DNA of 57,163 bases from assembly GCA_015065695.1 (NCBI GenBank), contig SVPT01000001.1:1-57163 (forward strand), written 5' to 3'. This DNA is from Oscillospiraceae bacterium (GTDB lineage: Bacteria; Bacillota; Clostridia; Oscillospirales; Acutalibacteraceae). Positions within the stretch are counted from its first letter, which is position 1, and the number at the start of each line of letters is the position of its first letter. Of the stretch, positions 37,981-45,617 are shown piece after piece. The notes beneath the pieces were generated by a model. It had not been told where the DNA came from and did not search any database. It saw only the letters and a list, made by a program, of their open reading frames with translations. The translations under genes were made by a program, and so were the position numbers.

Positions 37981-38396
37981 CTGATACCAAAGCGTTTGAG
38001 AGTATTCTTGACAAAGAAAATGTAAAATACCGCAGTTTCAACCTGGCAGAGGGGAAGTTGTTCTTCTGCAGCGCAGAGGACGGTCTGACCTTCGATGCAT
38101 TCTGGGGCACAAACGGCGTATTGCGCATTTGGCGGTACGTTCTGACAAACCTGCCACTGGGGGTAAGGGGAAAATGCTTCCGAAGCAGTGTGCCCAACAG
38201 AGAGAACGCATTTGTTCGTCTGGAAATTACCGATGATGGCTGCCTGAATCTGACAGCAGAACAGCAGTTGACCGATGTGTCACAGGTTGGAGAACACATG
38301 GAAAAGCATTTATCAGGGTTCATTTCGTCAATAAGGCAGATTGATTTTCGCAGTATAATCAAGCCACTGGCTTTAGCAAAGGAGTCCAACGCATGA
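37977..38396 (+). CDS. hypothetical protein (possibly YbjN/chaperone-like; weak)
   Basis: GGAGGA lies before the ATG, which overlaps the upstream stop. A 139-aa alpha/beta-looking protein. The YbjN-like idea is an impression only. Confidence 0.55.
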   Translation: MTDTKAFESILDKENVKYRSFNLAEGKLFFCSAEDGLTFDAFWGTNGVLRIWRYVLTNLPLGVRGKCFRSSVPNRENAFVRLEITDDGCLNLTAEQQLTDVSQVGEHMEKHLSGFISSIRQIDFRSIIKPLALAKESNA

Positions 38397-38563
38397 AGAA
38401 ATCAGCACACGAAAGATTTATTGAAAGTCTGTATATTCCTCAGAAAGCAACACCCAGACCAACGGTTGTGCCGAAGGGAAACGACGCAGAGCGCAGAGAG
38501 ATGGTTGAGGAACTGAACAAAATTTTTGATGAGCTTTTTGGCGATAGCGAAGATGATGAGTGA
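38393..38563 (+). CDS. small acidic-tailed protein (56 aa, not listed in the ORF track)
   Basis: The ATG overlaps the upstream stop as ATGA. My translation: MKKSAHERFIESLYIPQKATPRPTVVPKGNDAERREMVEELNKIFDELFGDSEDDE. Confidence 0.45.
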   Translation: MKKSAHERFIESLYIPQKATPRPTVVPKGNDAERREMVEELNKIFDELFGDSEDDE

Positions 38564-38814
38564 TGGGAGAGTGGAATAAAGCAGCTCCGGCGCAGCGCAT
38601 ATTCCTGCTTGCCGGCTGCGGGAAAACAGCGTAAATATCTCTCTTTTCGGGCGAGTGCAAGGCAACGGTTGAGGTGTATTAAGCCAAGATAACTCCAGCT
38701 TTTCTCTACCAAGGGCAAATGTTACCTTAAGGGGCACTTTCTTCTATTCCATTTCGTGGTAATATGTCCATGCAATTAAGGCATTTTGGGTTAATGATTT
38801 GTGGAGGGTTGCTT

Positions 38815-39636
38815 ATGGCAGAGAGAAGTGTGTTTCTGATCAAGAACTGTTACCCCTTTTACGAGGAGGTAATCGTACCGTTTCCGTGGTTTGGCGGCTT
38901 TGCGCTCGCTCAGAAACAGCGCAATGCGTTGTCTCTGAAGATGAACCTTGAGGCAGCTTGCCCGCAGTACAATGTGTGTGAGATTTCCTCCGGTTCACTT
39001 GACCCTGTGGGCAGGTCACTCAGTGCAATGTCGCTGAGCAAGCGCATGAGCGATGGCACTGTTGTTGTAATGGAATCGGCATTCCAGTCGTCGCGGATAT
39101 ACTGCGTGCCGCAGACGGGTGAGGTGATTGGACCTTTCCCCGAGCTGCTGGGGCTTGATGGAAGAGCCTGCAAGAAGACAGTGAAGGAGGCATCGTGCGG
39201 CTTGCATAGCTGCGAGTATATGTTTGATGGAATGTCTTTCCCGACCCCGGATTTCCATCCCTCGCTCTTTTATGATTATCTTTACATCAATGCGTTGATG
39301 GAGCCGGAGAATGCTGAGGTGGCAGAGAACCTTCGCAGGAGCGGCTACAATGCTTTTTCTGATCTTGCGACAAAGTCACTCAACACGCAGGCACGAAGCT
39401 GTGCGATTTATCTGAGTCTTTGCGAAAACGGGCTGCTTGAGCAGGCGGCTGATTACGACAGCTTCATGAAGCTTTTTCGCGTTGACCTGACCGCACCGAA
39501 CTATGCAGCCACGGGTGCGTATGAAGATGTGCCGATGTCAGATGCGCAAAGCGGCTGCCGCAGACGGGTGTCAGCTAGGTTTTCAGAATGCGAGGTGAAA
39601 CAGAGATATGATGAACTGCGGAGAGTTCTTGTTTGA
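38815..39636 (+). CDS. hypothetical protein (273 aa, no domain recognised)
   Basis: GGAGGG lies 7 nt before ATG 38815. A 250-bp gap upstream holds an extended -10-like TGGTAATAT. Notable blocks are PFPWFGGFALAQKQRNALSL and PSLFYDYLYINAL. Confidence 0.65.
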   Translation: MAERSVFLIKNCYPFYEEVIVPFPWFGGFALAQKQRNALSLKMNLEAACPQYNVCEISSGSLDPVGRSLSAMSLSKRMSDGTVVVMESAFQSSRIYCVPQTGEVIGPFPELLGLDGRACKKTVKEASCGLHSCEYMFDGMSFPTPDFHPSLFYDYLYINALMEPENAEVAENLRRSGYNAFSDLATKSLNTQARSCAIYLSLCENGLLEQAADYDSFMKLFRVDLTAPNYAATGAYEDVPMSDAQSGCRRRVSARFSECEVKQRYDELRRVLV

Positions 39637-39678
39637 AGATGAGGAACAGATGATGTGATTTTACAGGAGGAAGAAAAT

Positions 39679-40257
39679 ATGCAGATTATTGTCAAGTCCT
39701 GCCACGGTATCAGCGTAGTGCCTCTGGAAAGCCGCTTGCTGGCGGACAGAAAAATCTACCTTCAGGGAGAAATAACCGATGCCTCTGCCTGTGATTTTGA
39801 GCAGAAAATTGATTATCTGCTCAGTGAGGATCCTGAGAAAGAAATAAATCTGTACATAAACTCACCCGGGGGGGTGGTTACAGGTGGTCTCCATATCTAT
39901 GACATTGTAAAAAGCATCAACGCTCCCCTGAATATGTGGTGCCGTGGTATGGCAGCGTCCATGGCGGCCATCATCTTTGCCGGCGGACAGAATGGGCGGC
40001 GGTTTATCCTGCCCCACTCCAAGGTGATGATACACGAGCCGCTCATACAGGGGGGAATCGGCGGCAGTGCATCGTCTATACACCGCACTGCCGAAAGCAT
40101 TATGGAGACCAGAAAGCTGACCATTGAACTGCTGGCTGCCGATACGGGCAAGTCCAGATTGGCGGTGGAAAAGGCAATCGCCTTTGATAACTACATGAAT
40201 GCACAGGAAGCGGTTGAGTTCGGTATTGCCGATAAGGTAGTCGGCTCGCTCAGATAA
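39679..40257 (+). CDS. clpP: ClpP-family serine protease paralogue
   Basis: INSPGGVVTGGLHIYD, GMAASMAA (catalytic Ser), VMIHEP (His) and FDNYMNAQEA (Asp region). The full triad appears intact. AGGAGG precedes the ATG. Confidence 0.85.
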   Translation: MQIIVKSCHGISVVPLESRLLADRKIYLQGEITDASACDFEQKIDYLLSEDPEKEINLYINSPGGVVTGGLHIYDIVKSINAPLNMWCRGMAASMAAIIFAGGQNGRRFILPHSKVMIHEPLIQGGIGGSASSIHRTAESIMETRKLTIELLAADTGKSRLAVEKAIAFDNYMNAQEAVEFGIADKVVGSLR

Positions 40258-40275
40258 ATTTGTGGAGGGACGTAT

Positions 40276-41523
40276 ATGGATAAAATAATACTCGGTCAGG
40301 GCGAAGTTATAGAAGATGGTCTTGGAACCATCAGACCCAACGATAATGTTGCGGTTTTTGGCGGTACCGGCTCCGGAAAGTCCATGAGTGTGCTGATTCC
40401 CACCCTGTGCCATGTTGAGGACAGCAGCATTCTGGCTACATACGCCAAGCGCGAGATCGTAAACACTGCGCTGAGTCACTTCAAAAGCAAGGGGTACAAG
40501 GGCTATGTGTGGAATCTCTCCAACCCCTCCGAGGGTGATGTTCTTCCTGACCCGATTTATTACATTGCCTCTGACAACGACGTTCAGGAGATAGCCAAAC
40601 AGATTGCCCGTGGCAACCCCGAGTATCAGCGTGCAACAAAATTCGACCCCTATTGGAGGGACGCCTCCGAAAGTCTTATCACCGGTCTTATCTACTATGT
40701 ACTGATGACTGAGAAAGAGCCCAGCATGAAAAAGGTCATTGACCTGTTCTATTCGATGAAGATAACCGAGGACGGAAAGGGCATCAGAACGACGCTTGAC
40801 CCTATCTTCGATAAGCTTGAGGCGAAAAAGCCCGACTGCGTTGCGGTGAGGAAGTTTTTCTCCTATCGTCAGCTCCCTTATGTCACAGCAGGCTGCGTCA
40901 GGGACGATTTGGAAAAAGCGATACAGAATATGTTCCCGCTCAGTGTGCAGGAGGCAATGAGCGCAGACGGTTATGTGGATTTTGAGGATTTTGCTTCCGA
41001 GCGAACAGCCATCTTCATTCTGACAAGCCCCGTCAACAGCACCCAGTATTGCTTTGCAAATCTCCTCTTCGGCATTGCGATACGCCAGCTCATGCAGTTT
41101 GCGGAAAGCCGTAAAGATGGTCGTTTGCCCCGCCCTGTGCGGCTTTTATTCGATGACTTCAGCTGTGGCTTCCCTGTAGCGAACTACGAAAAGTCGATTT
41201 CTACATTTCGTGCAGCCGGTATAAGTAGCATGATGCTGTGCCAGTCGATCTCCCAGTTAGACGCAACCTATGGTGAGGCCAATGCCATTACTATTATGGA
41301 TAACTGCTCTGCCATGGTGTATCTCCCGGGCGGTATGAATATCAAGTCAGCGCGATATTTCAGCGAGATGGCAAATCTCCCGCTGGATGAGATACTGTTC
41401 ATGGAGGTGGGAAACGCGGTGATTTTCCAAGCAGGTCAGAAGCCGAAGATAGTTCCCCGTTACGACACCCTGCATGACCCGAAGTACCTCACATTCATGC
41501 AGGCAGACGGAAACAGCAGGTAG
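40276..41523 (+). CDS. VirD4/TraG-like coupling-protein ATPase lacking the N-terminal TM domain
   Basis: Walker A FGGTGSGKSMSVLIPTL, Walker B-like VRLLFDDF, and the T4CP signature MLCQSISQLDATYG. Only 415 aa with no hydrophobic N-terminus. Confidence 0.7.
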   Translation: MDKIILGQGEVIEDGLGTIRPNDNVAVFGGTGSGKSMSVLIPTLCHVEDSSILATYAKREIVNTALSHFKSKGYKGYVWNLSNPSEGDVLPDPIYYIASDNDVQEIAKQIARGNPEYQRATKFDPYWRDASESLITGLIYYVLMTEKEPSMKKVIDLFYSMKITEDGKGIRTTLDPIFDKLEAKKPDCVAVRKFFSYRQLPYVTAGCVRDDLEKAIQNMFPLSVQEAMSADGYVDFEDFASERTAIFILTSPVNSTQYCFANLLFGIAIRQLMQFAESRKDGRLPRPVRLLFDDFSCGFPVANYEKSISTFRAAGISSMMLCQSISQLDATYGEANAITIMDNCSAMVYLPGGMNIKSARYFSEMANLPLDEILFMEVGNAVIFQAGQKPKIVPRYDTLHDPKYLTFMQADGNSR

Positions 41524-41644
41524 TGCGATAGGTTATGAGGAGAGCGGCTGCAGATGCTCGCATTGGCTGCTAATAGCTATATACAAAAATGAAGCTGTGA
41601 GATGTCTGTAGCCGTCAATAGTGTGCCATAAATCATTTTACATA

Positions 41645-41786
41645 TTCGTTTGCAACGTTCCGCACCCACAAGGGTGCGGGACGTTTTCTTTTTTCTTTGC
41701 ACCCTACCACAAAAAACCGCCCAAAGCTTGCTATTCCGCAAAAACGAATGTATTATTTCACTGGAACAACAAAGGAGGGCAAAACG
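41645..41786 (+). repeat. copy D of the cassette: hairpin, promoter and 5' UTR
   Basis: TTCGTTTGCAACGTTCCGCACCC-ACAA-GGGTGCGGGACGT plus a T-run. TTGCTA (41728-41733), a 17-nt spacer, then TATTAT (41751-41756). Confidence 0.8.
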
Positions 41787-43112
41787 ATGTCAGACAATCA
41801 TGAAGAGAAAAACATTCCGCTTGCGGCAGAGGGAAACGAGCAGGCTTTTTCTAATTCCGAGGACGAATACGAAGCAAAAATCACCGCAGACGGCGGCGTA
41901 ATCCTCACAAGGTACAAGGGTAATGCCGAGAACGTGGTGATTCCCGCTGTATGGGAGGGTCGCCCCGTGGTGGGGCTGCTTGAAACTTTCAACGGTAACG
42001 ATGAAATAAAGTCTGTCGTCATACCTGACAGCGTGACCGCTATTGGCGGTCATACATTCTTCGACTGCGGCAGCCTTGTCTACGTCACTATTCCCGACAG
42101 CGTGACTGCCATTGATGAAATGGCATTTGAAAGCTGCAGCAGTCTTTCCTCAATCACCATACCTGACAGCGTAACCCACATCGGCACCTTTGCCTTCTAC
42201 GGGTGCCGCAGTCTTACCTCCATCATCATACCCTCCGGCGTTACCGCCATTGGCGAGGAGGCATTCTACGGCTGCAGCAGTCTGACCTCCATAAATGTTG
42301 ACGAGAACAACAGCTTCTACAAATTTGTCAACGGTGTGCTGTTCACTAAAGACGGAAAAGCATTGATTGCATATCCTAATGGAATAAAAGGGGATTATTC
42401 CATTCCTGACGGCGTAACCCACATTGGCAGCTATGCATTCTGCGGCTGCAGCAGCCTTACCGCTGTTACTATCCCCGACAGCGTTACCGAGATTGGCGAA
42501 GGAGCTTTCTCAAAATGCAGCGGTCTTACCTCTGTCACTATCCCTGACAGCGTGACTATCATTGGCAAAGTAGCATTCTCCGGCTGCTACAACCTTATCT
42601 CCGTCACCATTCCTGACAGCGTAACTGCCATTGGCGAAGGCGCATTTGCCGGCTGCTACAGCCTTGCCTCCGTTACTATTCCCGCCAGCATGACCGCCAT
42701 CGACAACTATGTATTCTCCGACTGCCGCAGTCTGAAATCCGTTACCATACCCGCCAGCGTTGTCACCATTGGTGACGGGGCATTCTTCCGCTGCCCTAAA
42801 CTTACCTCCGTCACCATCCCCGACAGCGTAACCGCCATTGGTGTGTGGGCATTCAAAAACTGCAAAAAGCTCACTGTCATCTGCCCCAAAAACTCCTTCG
42901 CATGGCAATACTGCAAGGTTGAGGTAAACAGACTGCGCCGCAAGCCGCTTAAGACAGTTACCCCCAACACAGTAGCCGCCCCCGCCAAAACAAAATCCCA
43001 CCGCTGGCTTATCCCCCTCATTCTCGCCCTCGCGCTGCTGGCAGGCGGCGCGGCTGTGCAGCTTCTCGGCATCTTCGATATTCTCGGCTGGCTGGTCGGT
43101 CTGCTTGGGTAG
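41787..43112 (+). CDS. BspA-type LRR protein with a C-terminal TM tail anchor
   Basis: Same N-terminal module as 22855. About 12 LRR_5 repeats. The last ~45 aa, including RWLIPLILALALLAGGAAVQLLGIFDILGWLVGLLG, are nearly identical to the tail of the 19383 gene. Confidence 0.8.
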   Translation: MSDNHEEKNIPLAAEGNEQAFSNSEDEYEAKITADGGVILTRYKGNAENVVIPAVWEGRPVVGLLETFNGNDEIKSVVIPDSVTAIGGHTFFDCGSLVYVTIPDSVTAIDEMAFESCSSLSSITIPDSVTHIGTFAFYGCRSLTSIIIPSGVTAIGEEAFYGCSSLTSINVDENNSFYKFVNGVLFTKDGKALIAYPNGIKGDYSIPDGVTHIGSYAFCGCSSLTAVTIPDSVTEIGEGAFSKCSGLTSVTIPDSVTIIGKVAFSGCYNLISVTIPDSVTAIGEGAFAGCYSLASVTIPASMTAIDNYVFSDCRSLKSVTIPASVVTIGDGAFFRCPKLTSVTIPDSVTAIGVWAFKNCKKLTVICPKNSFAWQYCKVEVNRLRRKPLKTVTPNTVAAPAKTKSHRWLIPLILALALLAGGAAVQLLGIFDILGWLVGLLG

Positions 43113-43155
43113 CGGAATATGCCCGCAGCAACTTTCCTCATCTCAATAACCTCCA

Positions 43156-43187
43156 CGCCCGCTTCCCCAAGGGGAGGCGGGCGTTTT
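43156..43187 (+). terminator. rho-independent terminator
   Basis: CGCCCGCTTCCCC-AA-GGGGAGGCGGGCG followed by TTTTG. Confidence 0.65.
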
Positions 43188-43312
43188 GCACGAGGCTTCC
43201 GCAAAAATAACTCTCCGCCCCTTGATTTCCCCTGCAGATGTTGTATCATTAAATTGTGGAAACAAAAAAGAGGCGTTCCCTAGCCGCAAATCACGAAAGG
43301 TGACAAAGATAT

Positions 43313-45463
43313 ATGGAACAGAAGTTTGAATCGAATACCAAAGCCCTCGGGGAGGTCAATGAGACCGGCAATTTTGGCATGACGCAGGAAAAGGAAAAAA
43401 TATCCGAACTGTACGCCAGAGCCGCCGAGACCGGTGATGCCGATGCGATAAACAACCTCGGTCTGATGTACTACCACGGCGAATTCGTGCCGCAGGATTT
43501 TACAAAAGCCCTTGAGCTGTTCACCAAAGCCACCGGGCTGGGTCATGCCGGTGCGCTCTGCAACCTTGGCATGATGTACTCCAAGGGCGACGGCGTGCCG
43601 CAGGACAAGGCAAAAGCCCTCGAAATGTTCACCCAGGCGGCAGAGCAAGGAGATGCCGCCGCAATCCACAACCTCGGCGTGATGTACGACAAAGGCAACG
43701 GCGTGCCGCAGGACTCGGCAAAAGCCTTTGAGCTGTACGCCAGAGCCTCCGAAATGGGCATTGCCGATGCAATCTGCAATCTGGGCATGATGTACTACTT
43801 AGGCGAATTTGTGCCGCAGGACCTGGCAAAAGCCTTTGAGCTGTTCAGCAAGGCTGCGGAGCAAGGAGATGCCACCGCAATCAACAATCTCGGCTATGTG
43901 TACTATAAGGGCGAGGGCGTGCCGCAGGACTTTGCCAAAGCCTTTGAGCTGCTCTCCGAAGCTGCCGCGCTGGACGAGCCCAATGCTTTCTCCGCTCTCG
44001 GCGAGATGTACTACCACGGCGACGGTGTGCCGCTGGACAAGGAAAAAGCCTTTGAGCTGTTCACCAAGGCCGCAGAGCAGGGCATTGCCGATGCAATCTA
44101 CAAGCTCGGCAAGATGTACTGCAACGGCGAAGTGGTGCCGCAGGACAGGCAGAAGGCGGTCGAATTGTACACCAGAGCCGCCGAAGCCGGTGATGCCGAT
44201 GCGATAAACGACCTCGGTCTGATGTACTACCACGGCGAATTCGTCACACAGGATTTTGCAAAAGCCTTTGAGCTGTTCACCAAAGCCGCCGGGCTGGGTC
44301 ATGCCGGTGCGCTCTGCAACCTTGGTCTGATGTACGAAAGAGGCGATGGTGTGCCGCTGGACTTTGCCAAGGCCTTTGAATTATACACCCAAGCGGCAGA
44401 GCAAGGTGATGCCGCCGCCATCTGCAATCTCGGCGTGATGTACGACATCGGCAACGGCGTGCCGCTGGACAAGGCAAAGGCCTTTGAATTGTACTCCCAA
44501 GCCGCCGAGCTGGGCGATGCCGCCGCACTCAACAACCTCGGCTGGAAGCACCGGAGCGGCGATGGCGTGCCGCTGGACAAGGCAAAGGCGGTCGAACTGA
44601 TAACCAAAGCCCACGAGATGGGGTTTGCTCAGGCGACCTTCAATCTCGGCTGGATATACGCCCATGGCGACGGCGTGCCGCTGGACTTTGCAAAAGCGCT
44701 CGAATTGTTCACTCAAGCCGCCGCAATGGGTCATGTCGAAGGCATTTCCGCCCTCGGCTGGATGTACCGCAACGGCAACGGCGTACCGCAGGACTTTGCC
44801 AAAGCCTTTGAGCTGTGTTCTCAGGCCGCTGAGTTGGGTGAAGCCGCCGCAATCTGCAATCTGGGCATGATGTACTCCAACGGCGAGGGCGTGCCGCAGG
44901 ATTTTGCAAAAGCCTTTGAGCTGTTCAGCAAGGCCGCCGGGCTGGGTCATACCACCGCAATCAACAATCTCGGCTGGATGTACTACAAAGGCAACGGCGT
45001 ACCGCAGGACTTTGCCCAAGCCTTCAAGCTGTGTTCTCAAGCCGCCGAGCTGGGTGAGCTCAATGCCGTCTCATCAATCGGTGAGATGTACTACCACGGC
45101 GCCGGTGTGCCGCAGGACAAGGAAAAGGCCTTTGAGCTGTTTTCCAAGACCGCAGAGCAGGGCATCGTCGATTCCATCTACTATCTCGGCAGAATGTACT
45201 ACTTTGGTGAAGTCGTGCCGCAGGACAAGGCTAAGGCGGTCGAATTGTACACCAGAGCCGCCGATATGGGCTATGAAGATGCTAAAACGGCATTAGCGGA
45301 ACTTGCAGTAACGGAAACCCCTGCAGAAATCACTGCCGAAACCATTGTTGAAACACCCACGGAATCCCCCGCACCCCTCACCAAAAAGGAAGCCCGTGCC
45401 GCTCGCAGAGCCGCCAAAAAAGCGGAGAAAGAAGCCCGCCGAGCCGCCCGCAGGAACAAATAA
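43313..45463 (+). CDS. Sel1-like repeat (SLR/TPR) protein with a basic C-terminal tail
   Basis: About 18 tandem 36-aa units of the form A.ELF.KAAEQGDA.A...LG.MY..G.GVPQD..KA, then a T/E/P linker and KKEARAARRAAKKAEKEARRAARRNK. Confidence 0.85.
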   Translation: MEQKFESNTKALGEVNETGNFGMTQEKEKISELYARAAETGDADAINNLGLMYYHGEFVPQDFTKALELFTKATGLGHAGALCNLGMMYSKGDGVPQDKAKALEMFTQAAEQGDAAAIHNLGVMYDKGNGVPQDSAKAFELYARASEMGIADAICNLGMMYYLGEFVPQDLAKAFELFSKAAEQGDATAINNLGYVYYKGEGVPQDFAKAFELLSEAAALDEPNAFSALGEMYYHGDGVPLDKEKAFELFTKAAEQGIADAIYKLGKMYCNGEVVPQDRQKAVELYTRAAEAGDADAINDLGLMYYHGEFVTQDFAKAFELFTKAAGLGHAGALCNLGLMYERGDGVPLDFAKAFELYTQAAEQGDAAAICNLGVMYDIGNGVPLDKAKAFELYSQAAELGDAAALNNLGWKHRSGDGVPLDKAKAVELITKAHEMGFAQATFNLGWIYAHGDGVPLDFAKALELFTQAAAMGHVEGISALGWMYRNGNGVPQDFAKAFELCSQAAELGEAAAICNLGMMYSNGEGVPQDFAKAFELFSKAAGLGHTTAINNLGWMYYKGNGVPQDFAQAFKLCSQAAELGELNAVSSIGEMYYHGAGVPQDKEKAFELFSKTAEQGIVDSIYYLGRMYYFGEVVPQDKAKAVELYTRAADMGYEDAKTALAELAVTETPAEITAETIVETPTESPAPLTKKEARAARRAAKKAEKEARRAARRNK

Positions 45464-45617
45464 CCCCACGCCCGCCTTCCTCACCGGAGGCGGGCTTTCC
45501 TGCTCTCCGCACCCAGAAATCCTCCCTGCGCAGTCTGCGCAAAACTACGCCCTCAGGCGTGCTATAATATCGGCAGAAAGCAAAAACCGCACCAAGCGCC
45601 GGAAAGGAACGCCCCCC

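Noticed and set aside
25368-41523. Interpreting the region as an integrative conjugative element or prophage because of the VirD4-like and ClpP-like genes
   Set aside because: No integrase, relaxase, VirB4, portal, terminase, capsid or att-like repeats were seen. The remaining genes are envelope and signalling functions.
43280-45040. Several 60-220-aa ORFs on both strands within the Sel1-repeat gene
   Set aside because: They are periodic artefacts of the 108-bp repeat. Only the 716-aa frame gives the Sel1 consensus.
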